From positions 32,001-96,000 of the forward strand of contig CAZHRF010000004.1 in assembly GCA_964534625.1 (NCBI GenBank): 64,000 nucleotides of DNA. The letters are read 5' to 3'. The position numbers were made by a program, and so were the translations under genes. The DNA is from an uncultured archaeon. GTDB taxonomy: Archaea > Asgardarchaeota > Heimdallarchaeia > Heimdallarchaeales > Heimdallarchaeaceae. Positions 20,376 to 31,044 of the stretch are shown here, one piece after another. The first letter of the stretch is position 1; every line of letters begins with the position of its first letter. The notes under the pieces are model-generated. The model searched no databases and had not been told where the DNA came from. It was given only the letters and a program-made list of their open reading frames with translations.

Positions 20376-23300
20376 ATGACGAAGAAAAAATCAGATATCT
20401 CTACCGAAGTAGATGTAAAACATAGAGAACAATTCACGAATTTAACGAAAATGCCCGATTTTCCTAAAATAGAAAATCAAATATTAGAATTCTGGGAAAA
20501 CATTGGTGCCTTTGAACGATTAGTGAAAAAAAATGAGAATAGTGAAAGATGGCCATTTTTTGATGGTCCAATTACAGCTAATAACCCAATGGGTGTCCAC
20601 CATGCTTGGGGTCGCACTTTAAAAGATGCTTACCAAAGATACCATGCTATGCTAGGGTATAAACTTCGCTATCAAAATGGATTTGATGGTCAAGGTTTAT
20701 GGGTGGAAGTAGAAGTTGAAAAAGCCTTAGGGTTAAATTCCAAAAAAGACATTATGGAATATGGTGTGGACAAATTCTCTATTGCTTGTAAAGAACGAGT
20801 GAAACGATTTGCAAATGTTATTATAGAACAATCTAAACGTTTAGGACAATGGATGGATTGGGGAAACGATTATTTCACATACGATGATACAAACATTGAA
20901 CATATCTGGTTTTTCTTGAAAAAATGTCATGAGAATGGTTGGTTATACCAAGGAGAACGAGTTATGCAATGGTGTCCTCGTTGTGAGACTTCTTTATCAG
21001 CACATGAAATGGCTGATAGCTATAAACAGCTGACCCATACAGCAGTATTTCTGAAATTGCCGGTAAAGGGAGAAGAAAACACCTATTTTATTGTGTGGAC
21101 AACAACTCCTTGGACGTTAACTGCTAATACAGCTTTAGCAGTTCATGCTGATCTTACCTATTTACTAGTAGAAGAAAATAGTACTCGATATTACCTTGCT
21201 GAAGGTACTGAACATCATCTAAAGGGTGATTGGGAAGAAATAAAGCAAATATCTGGTAAAGACCTCATAGGGAAAGAATTCACTGGACCTTTTGAAGACT
21301 TACCCGTTCAAAAAAATCTAGAAAAACGACCGGTAATCAAATGGGATGAAGTTTCGAATGATGAAGGCTCAGGAATCGTCCATATTGCTCCTGGGTGTGG
21401 TGTCGAAGACTATGAATTAGGAGAGATTCATGATCTTCAAGTAATTTCCCCTATTGATGAAACAGGACGATTTTTAGAAGATTATAAGTATCTTGCTGGC
21501 ATTACAACCAAAGAAGCTGTAGATGTTATAATTAATAATTTGCAGGAGAAAGGACTTCTATACAAATATGAAAATTATACGCACCGTTACCCTGTTTGTT
21601 GGCGCTGTAAAACCGAATTGGTATTTAAATTGGAACATGAATGGTTTATTGACTGCGATGAAATTCGTCCTTTACTGAAAGAAACAGCAGAAAAAGTTCT
21701 TTGGGAACCACCATATCTTGCAAAGGATATGCAAAACTGGCTAAATAATATGGATGATTGGTGTATTAGTAGGAAAAGATATTGGGGTCTACCTTTACCA
21801 TTTTATAAATGTAAGAATTGTGACCAGCTCACAGTAGTTGGTACAACAAAAGAATTAGCTGAACTAGCCATTGATAAGGATGCCCTTGAATCATTACCCG
21901 AATTACATAAACCTTGGATTGATGATATAACCATTGAATGTCCAAATTGTGGTGAGGAAGTAGAAAGAATTCCAGCGGTAGGTGATTGTTGGCTTGATGC
22001 AGGTATTGTTCCTTTTTCAACCTTGCATTATTTAGAAGATGAAGCTCATGAGTACTGGAAAAAATGGTTTCCAGCTGAGCTCATTGTGGAAATGAAAGAA
22101 CAGATTAGACTTTGGTTTTATTCACAATTGTTTATGTCTGTTACTATAATTGGTGATACGCCCTATAAACGTGTAATTGCGTTTGAAGAGGTGCGAGATG
22201 AAAAAGGTGAAAGAATGTCTAAGACAGCCGCTAATGCCATTACTTTCGATGTAGCAGCTGAAAAAATGGGTGCTGACATTATGAGATGGATGTATTCATC
22301 AGCAAATCTCAAAAACCAACTTAATTTTGGATTCAATCTTGGTAAAGAAGTCAAAAGAAAAATGTTAGGGTTATGGAATGTTGCATATTTTCTATTATCA
22401 TCTGCTCAAGCTGATGAATACACAATGAATAAAATTAAACCTTATCAAGAGCGAGAAAAACAAAAAATTATTGATAAATGGTTGTTGGCCGAGGTACAAA
22501 AATCACTTGAAATTATCAGACACAGCTATGATGATCTAAACATTCAAAAAGTAACAGAGGAAGTTGAAGACTTCATTGAATTAATATCAAATTGGTATGT
22601 ACGAATGAATAGAAGGCGTTTCTGGAAAAATACCAATGATGATGACAAGAAAGAAGCCTATGGAACCTTATACGAAGCCTTGATCGTACTTATAAAAGCG
22701 ATAGCTCCTATTGTTCCATTTATTACCGAAACATTATATCAAAATCTTGCAACAGAAGACGAATATGTTACTAAACCAAGTGTTCATTTATGCTCATTTC
22801 CAGAAGTAAATGAGAAACTTAAGAACCCAAAATTGATCAAACAATTTGATTATGTTGCCAAAGTTATCTCTATGGCGTTGAAACTACGAAATAACTCTCA
22901 ATTGCGGATTAGATTACCCCTGTCGTCTCTTGACATTTATTCAATTCATCCTGAAGTTAGAGAAGCTATTGAATTATTCAGCAAACAGATTAAGTCAGAA
23001 TTAAATGTGAAAAAGATTGAATTCAATGAAGATTTAACGGAATCAATTGTTTTTGAAATTCAACCCAATTATTCGGTTGTAGGACCAAAATTCAAAGAAC
23101 AACTCAAATATATTGAAGAAAAATTGACCGAAATGTCACAAGAGAAACTAAATAATTTGTTCCAAAACCCAACAGCCGTAAAACTAGACATTAAAGGCGA
23201 TTCGGTTGTTCTCAGTGAGGAAGATTATGATATTCACATTAAGGATAAAGAAGGCCATGCTACCATGTTTGAATCTGATATCATGGTGTCATTAGACCTT

Positions 23301-23597
23301 GAATTGAATCCTGAATTAAAAGCTGAAGGCTATGCAAGAGATATCGTTAGATATATCCAGAATATGCGACGAGAAATTGATCTTGAAATTACTGAAGAAA
23401 TTAATCTGGCAATAATAATAAAAGAAATGCCTTCTGAACTTGTCGATATAGTTAAGGAGTTCATTGATTATATAGCTTCTGAAACATTGGCTGCTAACGT
23501 AAAATTCAATGAAACGCTTGAAGAAGTTCAGAAAGAAACAGAAATGAAGGTAGATGATGTAGCTATAGATTTACAAATATGTCCTGTAAACTCTTAA
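20376..23597 (+). CDS. ileS: Isoleucyl-tRNA synthetase (type 2-like)
   Basis: FFDGPITAN, GVHH (HIGH position), WTTTPWT, GSGIVHIAPG, DWCISRKRYWG and RMSKT (KMSKS position). ATG 20376 with ggag SD preferred over the track start at 20322. Confidence 0.97.
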   Translation: MTKKKSDISTEVDVKHREQFTNLTKMPDFPKIENQILEFWENIGAFERLVKKNENSERWPFFDGPITANNPMGVHHAWGRTLKDAYQRYHAMLGYKLRYQNGFDGQGLWVEVEVEKALGLNSKKDIMEYGVDKFSIACKERVKRFANVIIEQSKRLGQWMDWGNDYFTYDDTNIEHIWFFLKKCHENGWLYQGERVMQWCPRCETSLSAHEMADSYKQLTHTAVFLKLPVKGEENTYFIVWTTTPWTLTANTALAVHADLTYLLVEENSTRYYLAEGTEHHLKGDWEEIKQISGKDLIGKEFTGPFEDLPVQKNLEKRPVIKWDEVSNDEGSGIVHIAPGCGVEDYELGEIHDLQVISPIDETGRFLEDYKYLAGITTKEAVDVIINNLQEKGLLYKYENYTHRYPVCWRCKTELVFKLEHEWFIDCDEIRPLLKETAEKVLWEPPYLAKDMQNWLNNMDDWCISRKRYWGLPLPFYKCKNCDQLTVVGTTKELAELAIDKDALESLPELHKPWIDDITIECPNCGEEVERIPAVGDCWLDAGIVPFSTLHYLEDEAHEYWKKWFPAELIVEMKEQIRLWFYSQLFMSVTIIGDTPYKRVIAFEEVRDEKGERMSKTAANAITFDVAAEKMGADIMRWMYSSANLKNQLNFGFNLGKEVKRKMLGLWNVAYFLLSSAQADEYTMNKIKPYQEREKQKIIDKWLLAEVQKSLEIIRHSYDDLNIQKVTEEVEDFIELISNWYVRMNRRRFWKNTNDDDKKEAYGTLYEALIVLIKAIAPIVPFITETLYQNLATEDEYVTKPSVHLCSFPEVNEKLKNPKLIKQFDYVAKVISMALKLRNNSQLRIRLPLSSLDIYSIHPEVREAIELFSKQIKSELNVKKIEFNEDLTESIVFEIQPNYSVVGPKFKEQLKYIEEKLTEMSQEKLNNLFQNPTAVKLDIKGDSVVLSEEDYDIHIKDKEGHATMFESDIMVSLDLELNPELKAEGYARDIVRYIQNMRREIDLEITEEINLAIIIKEMPSELVDIVKEFIDYIASETLAANVKFNETLEEVQKETEMKVDDVAIDLQICPVNS

Positions 23598-23801
23598 CAA
23601 ATTCCTTCAATAGTTTTTATTTTTCATTTCTATTTTATTTTACTTTCTACTTTTTTTAGGTGTACTTACTCCTTTATATACCCTCTCAAAATAACGTGAA
23701 AAGAGAAGCAGCAAAGACAAAAAACAGGGTTGTGGGAGAAAAAATCACAATGGTTGGAAATAATAAAAAAGTAAATCTAAAAAGTAGCTATTCATTTCAT
23801 A

Positions 23802-23862
23802 CAAGACGATAAATAAGTTATCTAACATAGGGATAATGAGTGTAAGGGGAAATAATGATCTT
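23802..23862 (+). repeat. 61-bp dispersed copy of the last LRR unit of the 8975..10534 gene
   Basis: Matches 10393-10453 at 58/61 positions. Confidence 0.9.
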
Positions 23863-24343
23863 GACACTTATCGCTCCCAGGTGTAACAACACTGGATACC
23901 TTGGTATTCTTGTGTTGTTCTCCTTTTATCACGTGTCCAGTTGGGTGAGGTGATACACTGGCGGGTGTATTGGGTTACGTACCCAGTTGTACCCAAAAGA
24001 ACTCATGATAACCTGTAATACTTTCAGTTAAATATGCAATTATAAGTAAAAGGAAACCAACGATTAATTGCTTCTTTAAGACTCTACTAACAGCTAAACC
24101 TTTTTTAAGATTATTTTGCATGGAAATAGAATTACATATAGTTGAAATGAGCAAGAAAAAACCGGCCCAACCACCAAGAAAAGCAATCACTATTAATATT
24201 CATGTACTAAAAATAGGTCTTTGTTCAATCGAAGACCAAGAATCAGTCCAGCTACGATCATAGACACGCATAACAGTATGTAATATTAACATAATCCATA
24301 TGGCGATTCCACGGAGGAAATCAAGAGAAGCATAACGTTTCAA
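23863..24343 (-). pseudogene. Disrupted DUF1624/HGSNAT-like membrane acyltransferase gene
   Basis: TTG start at 24343: KRYASLDFLRGIAIWIMLILH; in-frame TGA at 24200-24202, then AFLGGWAGFFLLIS...; truncated near 23975. Confidence 0.7.
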
Positions 24344-24487
24344 TTTAGGTACCTATCAATTGCCAGCAAAACTATTATTTAATATTTATCCTAAGTATCG
24401 AACTAAGAGATATAAAAAAAATCCAAGCATAAGGAAAAATATCATTAAACTTCCAAATCTTCCTAAAAAAACTCATAACAACATTTT

Positions 24488-25210
24488 TTAATCAAAAAAA
24501 TCAAAATCTTTTAGTTTATTTGAGTCTTCAACGGACAAAGGAATAATAAGCTGTTTTCTCTGGGGATGTTTTTGCTCTTTGTATCTATATAATGGAATTG
24601 TCAATGTCAAACAAAAGGTCAATAAAGCTAGTCCTTTATCTGATAGAAAGTTAAATACGAAGACATAGGTAGGTAAGGCTAAAATAACTAATTTAAAGAC
24701 CCATTTGAATACCGAAAATAATTTTATATTTTTAAATTGTTTAAATTCGGAAAGTACGGGCATACTATTGAGAAATACAATAAATCCAAGTATTTGAATA
24801 GCTAATGAAAGCCAAATATTGTATGTACTAATGTATCTTCCTAAGATCATTAACCCTCCTCCTATTATAGAGAGGAGGAACAAGACGCCTGTGATATTTG
24901 CTGTAATCAAACAATCAAAATCTTTTATTTCGCTAGGTATTTGAAATTCCAGCTCGTCCTCGTTTTCATGCTCTATAGGGACTGAATAGATCCAAAAAAA
25001 GAATTTACGGATAGGATAGCGGATCATTGTGAAAGTCAACCTGAATCCTTTAAGAAATTTTTTTGGGATAAGTAGCAGGAACAGGCGGAGCGAAAGAGAA
25101 TAGAGCCAGAATCTCAAATAGAATAGCAGAACCTCTAATAGAACGACCAATGAGTCATTTATTAGATAGGATAGATTTGTCATGTCTGTCTGCACCTTAA
25201 TAGTGTACAA
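24488..25210 (-). CDS. Membrane protein, probable degenerate paralog of 59469..60227
   Basis: Similar length and TM layout; SEIKDF vs GELKNV and FLNSMPVLSE vs FFGLPDYGD; no HExxH. Start probably ATG 25183. Confidence 0.6.
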   Translation of the reverse strand: MYTIKVQTDMTNLSYLINDSLVVLLEVLLFYLRFWLYSLSLRLFLLLIPKKFLKGFRLTFTMIRYPIRKFFFWIYSVPIEHENEDELEFQIPSEIKDFDCLITANITGVLFLLSIIGGGLMILGRYISTYNIWLSLAIQILGFIVFLNSMPVLSEFKQFKNIKLFSVFKWVFKLVILALPTYVFVFNFLSDKGLALLTFCLTLTIPLYRYKEQKHPQRKQLIIPLSVEDSNKLKDFDFFD

Positions 25211-25248
25211 ATGAATATATAAAGTTGAATGAGAGAATAAACACTCTA

Positions 25249-27153
25249 CTATACCTCTAATATATAGTGGTGACTAGATGCCACAGATTTAGTAGAAACT
25301 GAGTCTTTTTTCTTTTTTAGAATAACCCGAGGAAGAATTATTAAAACAATCCATATGGCGATTATTGCTCCTCCTTGAATTATTTGCTGCTGGTTATTGA
25401 CTATTTGAGCAAGGATTGTATCTGCAGATAAATCATCAAACCCCCTACTTATTATGGATAAGTCATAGACAAAAGAAGTAAGTAGTAGATGGCTTCCTTC
25501 TCCCTGAAAAGTTAGCTTGAACAACAATTCAGCTAATCCTTGAGGAATTATGAAATTAAAACTGAACTGGAAAGGATCTATTGTCTTAGTTTTATCTGAT
25601 ATAATAGTGTTATCGAGGTATATAGCTAAGGAAACTTTATCTACTGGGATGGCATTTATTTCTGTCCATACCATATTCACTGTCAATGAGTAATCTTCGC
25701 CTGGATTAGCAATTTCAAGAACATCATATAATTCAACGGTTTTAAATTTTATAGTTGAAGAGACCTGCACTTCTTCTGGGGTACCTATTAATTCTTTGGA
25801 AACAGTTGTAGATAACGTCTCTATTTTCTTCGCTTCTAATCTAAGATCATTATAGATATAGAAATGTCCTTTTCCAAATGATTCTCCTTGAAGAATCAGA
25901 AAGATTGGAGCTGTAAATTTCAAAGAATATCCCTCTATAATCAGTTTATTCTTATTTGTTGATTGTTCAGAATACACTATTTGTGATTTAGCAATATATG
26001 CTGAATTTTGTTCGATATACACATCTATACCCGCATAAAAGCGAGAGCCTTCACAGCTATAATTGAATGATAAGCGGAAAACTGAATTTTCATAGATATA
26101 TGAAGGTTTATAGTCTGTAATGTCTATTTTAGCACTCAATTGTTTATCCCATTCTATTTTGGATATATAGTCCTCAATAGGATCAGGATCAGGTTCAGGT
26201 TCGGGATCAGGGGGGTTTTCACTATCATCTGGTATCTCTTTATCTACTTTCTCATAATTCACAATAAGATCAAAGTTTTCAATTGTTAGCACTGTTTTGA
26301 GAAAGCTTATTTTGAAAGAAAATTCTATGATATTAAGACCAGTTGAAAGGTTCCCTTGAAATTCCCAGTTAGTTATAGTATTGTAATTAGTTTGAGAACC
26401 ATATTTTGTATCATTAATTTTTAGTGTAAGTGTACTAGAAAAAGCATCAAAATCATTACTATCAAGAGTTAACAAAATATTTGTTTCAACAGTTTCAATA
26501 TCTTTTGATGCAGATGATTTAATAATAATACCTGAACTAATGGTAAAACTGATTGAACTATAAGGTGCAGATTCAGTATAATATGTAGGGGGGGTCACTA
26601 CAAGCTGTTGTGTAAAGTTTTCTTTTGTAGCTACAGTAGGGATATTTAATTTTTCGAATCCACTTGTATTATAAAGCGTAAGTGATCCTGTTTGACCTAT
26701 AGCAGATTTTCCTTCAGCAGTTATTACTATACTAGCTAAACCATTAAAAGGCATATCCAAAAGAAGAGAGAAAGAAAGGCTATGATTCAAAGTATCTTGC
26801 AGTGTAGAGAGTATCTTGCAGGATAGAGACTTATTTAAGGTAAGAATATTTAACTCTACTTTAATACCAGCCATTGAAGAAGGGTCACCTGACGAAGAAA
26901 AGTGAAAAGTAAAATAATTAAGGTAAGAAAGGTCTAGAAAGATCTCAAAAAAGTATTCCTGAGACTTGCCTGAACTGTTATACACATAGTTAATAGATGA
27001 ACCAATAGTATTGATTGGGGTTGTATCTATCGATCTAGAAGTACGAGGGGTGATTTCCTTAGTTGTTGCATTAACTACTAAGGGTGAAATAATTAAACTA
27101 TATATTAGTATAGTATACACTATCGTGTATACTCTAATTTGTCTGCCTATCAT
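25249..27153 (-). CDS. Secreted, C-terminally anchored beta-rich surface protein (paralog of 49202..51247)
   Basis: Signal peptide, two internally repeated halves joined by a PPDPEPEPDPDP linker, C-terminal TM + KKKK. Confidence 0.75.
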   Translation of the reverse strand: MIGRQIRVYTIVYTILIYSLIISPLVVNATTKEITPRTSRSIDTTPINTIGSSINYVYNSSGKSQEYFFEIFLDLSYLNYFTFHFSSSGDPSSMAGIKVELNILTLNKSLSCKILSTLQDTLNHSLSFSLLLDMPFNGLASIVITAEGKSAIGQTGSLTLYNTSGFEKLNIPTVATKENFTQQLVVTPPTYYTESAPYSSISFTISSGIIIKSSASKDIETVETNILLTLDSNDFDAFSSTLTLKINDTKYGSQTNYNTITNWEFQGNLSTGLNIIEFSFKISFLKTVLTIENFDLIVNYEKVDKEIPDDSENPPDPEPEPDPDPIEDYISKIEWDKQLSAKIDITDYKPSYIYENSVFRLSFNYSCEGSRFYAGIDVYIEQNSAYIAKSQIVYSEQSTNKNKLIIEGYSLKFTAPIFLILQGESFGKGHFYIYNDLRLEAKKIETLSTTVSKELIGTPEEVQVSSTIKFKTVELYDVLEIANPGEDYSLTVNMVWTEINAIPVDKVSLAIYLDNTIISDKTKTIDPFQFSFNFIIPQGLAELLFKLTFQGEGSHLLLTSFVYDLSIISRGFDDLSADTILAQIVNNQQQIIQGGAIIAIWIVLIILPRVILKKKKDSVSTKSVASSHHYILEV

Positions 27154-27351
27154 TGTCTGTCAACTAATAAATGTCTCATTTCGTTTATAAAGCGGATAAA
27201 AGCGGTCTTATGATATTATAGGCATACACACAACTAAACAAAGTTGTGTAAAACTTAATGATTAAAATTGACAATAAACACGCATGTGACGATCCACATA
27301 GTACAGAATAAGTTTTTTATTGATAAAAAATGAAACAGTAAATAGAAGGCT

Positions 27352-28722
27352 TTAGTCTAATTCTTCACGGACGATATTTTCAGTTTCTTCTGTCTTTGTT
27401 TCTTCTTGAATTGAATCTTTTATTTGGGCTATTTTTTCTTTTCCTACAATAGGCATCAAATAAATCAATGGTGAGATCCCAATAAAGTAAATGATTGCTG
27501 TGACCATGAAAGCCAGACTAAAGTTATCATCACCAATTAAAAAGCCTCCAAGAACCGCGCTGATATTCCAAAATAACCCAAAGCTAATTGTTTTGATGGC
27601 ATTAAGTTTTCCTCTATGTCTTTTAGGAATCACATCCATCAGAATGCTTCTGCTTAAAGGTTCAGAAGCGTTCATAAGTGATCCCCTTGCTATGAAAAGG
27701 AAATAGAGTAACCAAACAGGAGGATAAAAAATCAACGCGACTAAACACAGTGTGGCACTAAGCTGAGTTATAAAAATCAACTGCACACGTCCTCTTTCTA
27801 GTGAAAATTGTTGGCTAATAATTCCGGAAACTCCTGTAAAAACACTAGTTAATCCTAGTATTAGCTGTACGTCAATGGGGGTAAGACCATAAATATCTTT
27901 TAGGAAAATTGGGAAGAACTTGACTGTCATACCAGCTCCCATTCCTATAATAATTGAGCTACTGACTAATAAAATAGGTATAAGTTTAGCTGTTTTCGAA
28001 TAAGAAATATCAGCATACACTGCACTTAGTTCTTTACTTTCTTGAATCTTTACCGTCTCTTCAAGTATTTCTTCACTTTCTTCACCCAATGAACGCTTGT
28101 CCTTAAAGAAAACCATAACAATTAATGAGAGAAAAGAAGCCAATATACCAATGGTCATCACTTGCTTGAGAATAGATATTTGCCATTCATTTCCAAAAAT
28201 TAAAAACAAAAAAATGGTAGTTATGGGACCAGAAGCTTGTGCTACTTGTCTGGCAAAGTGTAACCATGAGAAAATTCTTGATCTTGTCCCAGACTCGATA
28301 GAATCTGCTAATATTGATTCTAAACTAGGTCGAGTTAACGCTTGAAATAGCCCCCAAAGGAATAAAGTAACGAAAATGGCAGGTATTGTATCATATATTA
28401 GTATTACTAAAAGACTCGCAACACCAACTATAGCTGCTGTTCTAAGAACGGTATCTCGCCCTATCTTATCGGCAATATATCCTGAAGGAAATACAAATAA
28501 GGTTAATGTTAAGCCTGTAGCCCCACTAGTAAGCCCCAAAAGTTCATTAGGTGTAAAACCATAAGAGTTTTCAGAGATCTCGGCAATAATTACGATATAA
28601 TTAGATAGCACAGAGCCCATCCAAATACCTCTTCCAAATGATTGTAAAATGGAGAATAAAAAGACTAGTTTCACATTATAATTCATAGAACGTAATGTAG
28701 TTTTAATACTTGAAGAACTCAT
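27352..28722 (-). CDS. MFS transporter
   Basis: 12 TM; motif A SGYIADKIGRD; LMDVIPKRHRGK. Confidence 0.92.
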   Translation of the reverse strand: MSSSSIKTTLRSMNYNVKLVFLFSILQSFGRGIWMGSVLSNYIVIIAEISENSYGFTPNELLGLTSGATGLTLTLFVFPSGYIADKIGRDTVLRTAAIVGVASLLVILIYDTIPAIFVTLFLWGLFQALTRPSLESILADSIESGTRSRIFSWLHFARQVAQASGPITTIFLFLIFGNEWQISILKQVMTIGILASFLSLIVMVFFKDKRSLGEESEEILEETVKIQESKELSAVYADISYSKTAKLIPILLVSSSIIIGMGAGMTVKFFPIFLKDIYGLTPIDVQLILGLTSVFTGVSGIISQQFSLERGRVQLIFITQLSATLCLVALIFYPPVWLLYFLFIARGSLMNASEPLSRSILMDVIPKRHRGKLNAIKTISFGLFWNISAVLGGFLIGDDNFSLAFMVTAIIYFIGISPLIYLMPIVGKEKIAQIKDSIQEETKTEETENIVREELD

Positions 28723-29148
28723 ATTCTTTCCTCACTTTCTGAGAGATAAACTCAAATCTCTATTAAAAATATTGTTAAACGACAAATAAAGATAATAAAC
28801 AGTCAACAAAAAATAATCTGATCAATGCAAATTTTCTAGTCTTCTCTTCTCTCTCTCTAGGAGCATTTGAGCTATTTCATGATCTGAAAAAATGAGTTTG
28901 GTATTTATAGCACCATTTAATCTGACCGACGATTTTAAGTTCAGCTATTAGAGAGTAAAATTCATTCAATGGTTAAAAATAACATAGTTGAAGGATCTAT
29001 CACTAATATTGAAAAATTATTTACCGACTCTTTTAATATCATGAAACAAAACACTTAGCATGAAAAGATTCTTGCAAAAAATCCGAATAAATCTGGAATA
29101 TGACATAAACATTAAAATTTAAAAAAAAGGAAATGAGAACTTCTGAGT

Positions 29149-30738
29149 CTATATTGTATAACTACTCGAAGTTTCTATATTTTGTGATGAATCGTATATC
29201 CAATCCGTTTTAACAATATCTTCAACAGTTACTGTATGTGTACCTGTCTCACAATATTCTTGTTTGAAGTAAGCAATACCATTACTATCTGTAAGCGCGG
29301 TCATTGTTGTACTAGTACCATCAGGAAAAGTCCAAGTTATTGTTACTTCAGCATTAGCTACAACATTACCATCTCCATCAACTACCAAGATGAATGCCTC
29401 TAAAATTCTGTTTGGATATCTACCGCGTTTGTAGGTATACTCCCAATCAATAGATTGAACATGCATTGTATTACTTAATTCACCTTCACTGTTTTCTACT
29501 GTGATCGATATTTGATCTGAATTTGTATTTCCTGAAGTATCATAAGCAATAGCTTTTATGATGTAACTACCGTTCTCTACCGTTGTTGAATCCCAAGAGA
29601 TACTATAAGGCTCTGATGTGTCAGTGCCTATCAAAGTATTATCTACATAAAATTCGACTTTAGAAACGCCTACATCATCACTGGCATCAGCACTTATTGT
29701 CACAATACCAGATACAGTAGCACCATCAGCAGGATCAGTTATGGTAACTGTTGGCGGAGTTGTATCATCACTACCCCCACCTGAACCTATACCTGAATTA
29801 AGACCAGCATGATAAATTATTTTACCTAAAGAGGTTGACGCGAGTTTTAATTGGTCTACATTCCAATAATAAAGTTGGTCTGTTGTTCCTTCAATTTCAA
29901 CTCCATGGTGAACTGTGACTATTTTATTATCAAATCCATAAACTATTTCTTCAAGAAAGGCTTGGTAATAATCACCAACATCTTGCCCTTCATAACCAGT
30001 AGTTCTTCCTTCTCTATCTGGACCCATATTTGAGTATTGTGCAACCCATAATGCTTCATCATGCGCAGTATCATTATGCAAAGATAATGTAATATCTGGT
30101 CGTATTGAATCAAATTCGATTTCATATGCATCTAACGCTCGATCCGTAGCTTTTTCATGGCAAGAATGATAAGACATACGGTACATGTAATCGCCTATCC
30201 GTCCAGAATAATCTTCGTGCTCTTTTCCATTTTCAGTAGCGTCATCGTCAGTATGCATAGGATTACCCAAATCCCCAAGGTAATGAGCAAGAAGTCCTAA
30301 AGATTTTCTAGCATCAGACGTATAAACAGAATCTGAAGGCTGTCCCTCATTAACCCATAAGGTAAGATTTCCTACAACCCAATCATATGTCCATTGTACA
30401 GCGTCAGGTGCACCCCGATCAGGAGGACCTCCACAATAACCATAATCACCAAAATCATAATTGTGGTTAGTCCAATCTTGATATACCATGTCAGGTACCT
30501 CTGTCCAATAAAAGAATTCAGATATGTCTTCTTCGATCCAAGCAGTTAATTCAGGATAATTCTCTTTTACGTACAACATCCCATATTTTGCTATTTGATC
30601 ATGTGTTCCATAATCTGGATTGCTCTCCGATGTGGATTTCCCTCCATTTGACCAAGCGTAAGCTTGATAGCATATAGAGGATATAAAAAGAAATCCAAAT
30701 AGGATAGTTACAAAAGTTATTTTTGTTTTTTTTTCCAT
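29149..30738 (-). CDS. Secreted zinc-dependent phospholipase C / S1-P1 nuclease-fold enzyme with Ig-like domains
   Basis: Signal peptide AYA|WSNGG giving an N-terminal Trp; GTHD, EVPD, LAHYLGDLGNPMH and YHSCHE zinc ligands; DDTTPPTVTITDPADG Ig domain. Confidence 0.8.
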   Translation of the reverse strand: MEKKTKITFVTILFGFLFISSICYQAYAWSNGGKSTSESNPDYGTHDQIAKYGMLYVKENYPELTAWIEEDISEFFYWTEVPDMVYQDWTNHNYDFGDYGYCGGPPDRGAPDAVQWTYDWVVGNLTLWVNEGQPSDSVYTSDARKSLGLLAHYLGDLGNPMHTDDDATENGKEHEDYSGRIGDYMYRMSYHSCHEKATDRALDAYEIEFDSIRPDITLSLHNDTAHDEALWVAQYSNMGPDREGRTTGYEGQDVGDYYQAFLEEIVYGFDNKIVTVHHGVEIEGTTDQLYYWNVDQLKLASTSLGKIIYHAGLNSGIGSGGGSDDTTPPTVTITDPADGATVSGIVTISADASDDVGVSKVEFYVDNTLIGTDTSEPYSISWDSTTVENGSYIIKAIAYDTSGNTNSDQISITVENSEGELSNTMHVQSIDWEYTYKRGRYPNRILEAFILVVDGDGNVVANAEVTITWTFPDGTSTTMTALTDSNGIAYFKQEYCETGTHTVTVEDIVKTDWIYDSSQNIETSSSYTI

Positions 30739-31044
30739 TATAACACCAAAGCAATAGCTTTGAATGCTAGAAGACTAGCTTAATTATAATTATTGTCTAC
30801 AGAAATTTGGTAAAAAAACTAAATTTGTTTTTTGGTATTTTTTTGTCGGAACTTTAATAGGAATCCCTACAATTTTTGTCTTAACTGCAATAAACGATAA
30901 ATTACTCTTAGACGCTGTCAATTTTTATTATTTTTTGCATTACATATTGGATATTATTTGTTGAAAAATATACATATCCTGCCTGACATTTCTGAAATAA
31001 TCTATTTTATTTTAATAATTACTCTACAGAGTAAATGTTCATGC

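Noticed and set aside
10393-23862. LRR 61-bp repeat pair as a DGR template/variable repeat
   Set aside because: The three differences (G/A, A/G, C/T) are not confined to adenines of one copy, and no reverse transcriptase is present in the window.
24200-24202. In-frame TGA as selenocysteine or recoding
   Set aside because: It is not at a Cys-type catalytic position and the gene is also truncated downstream, so pseudogenisation is simpler.
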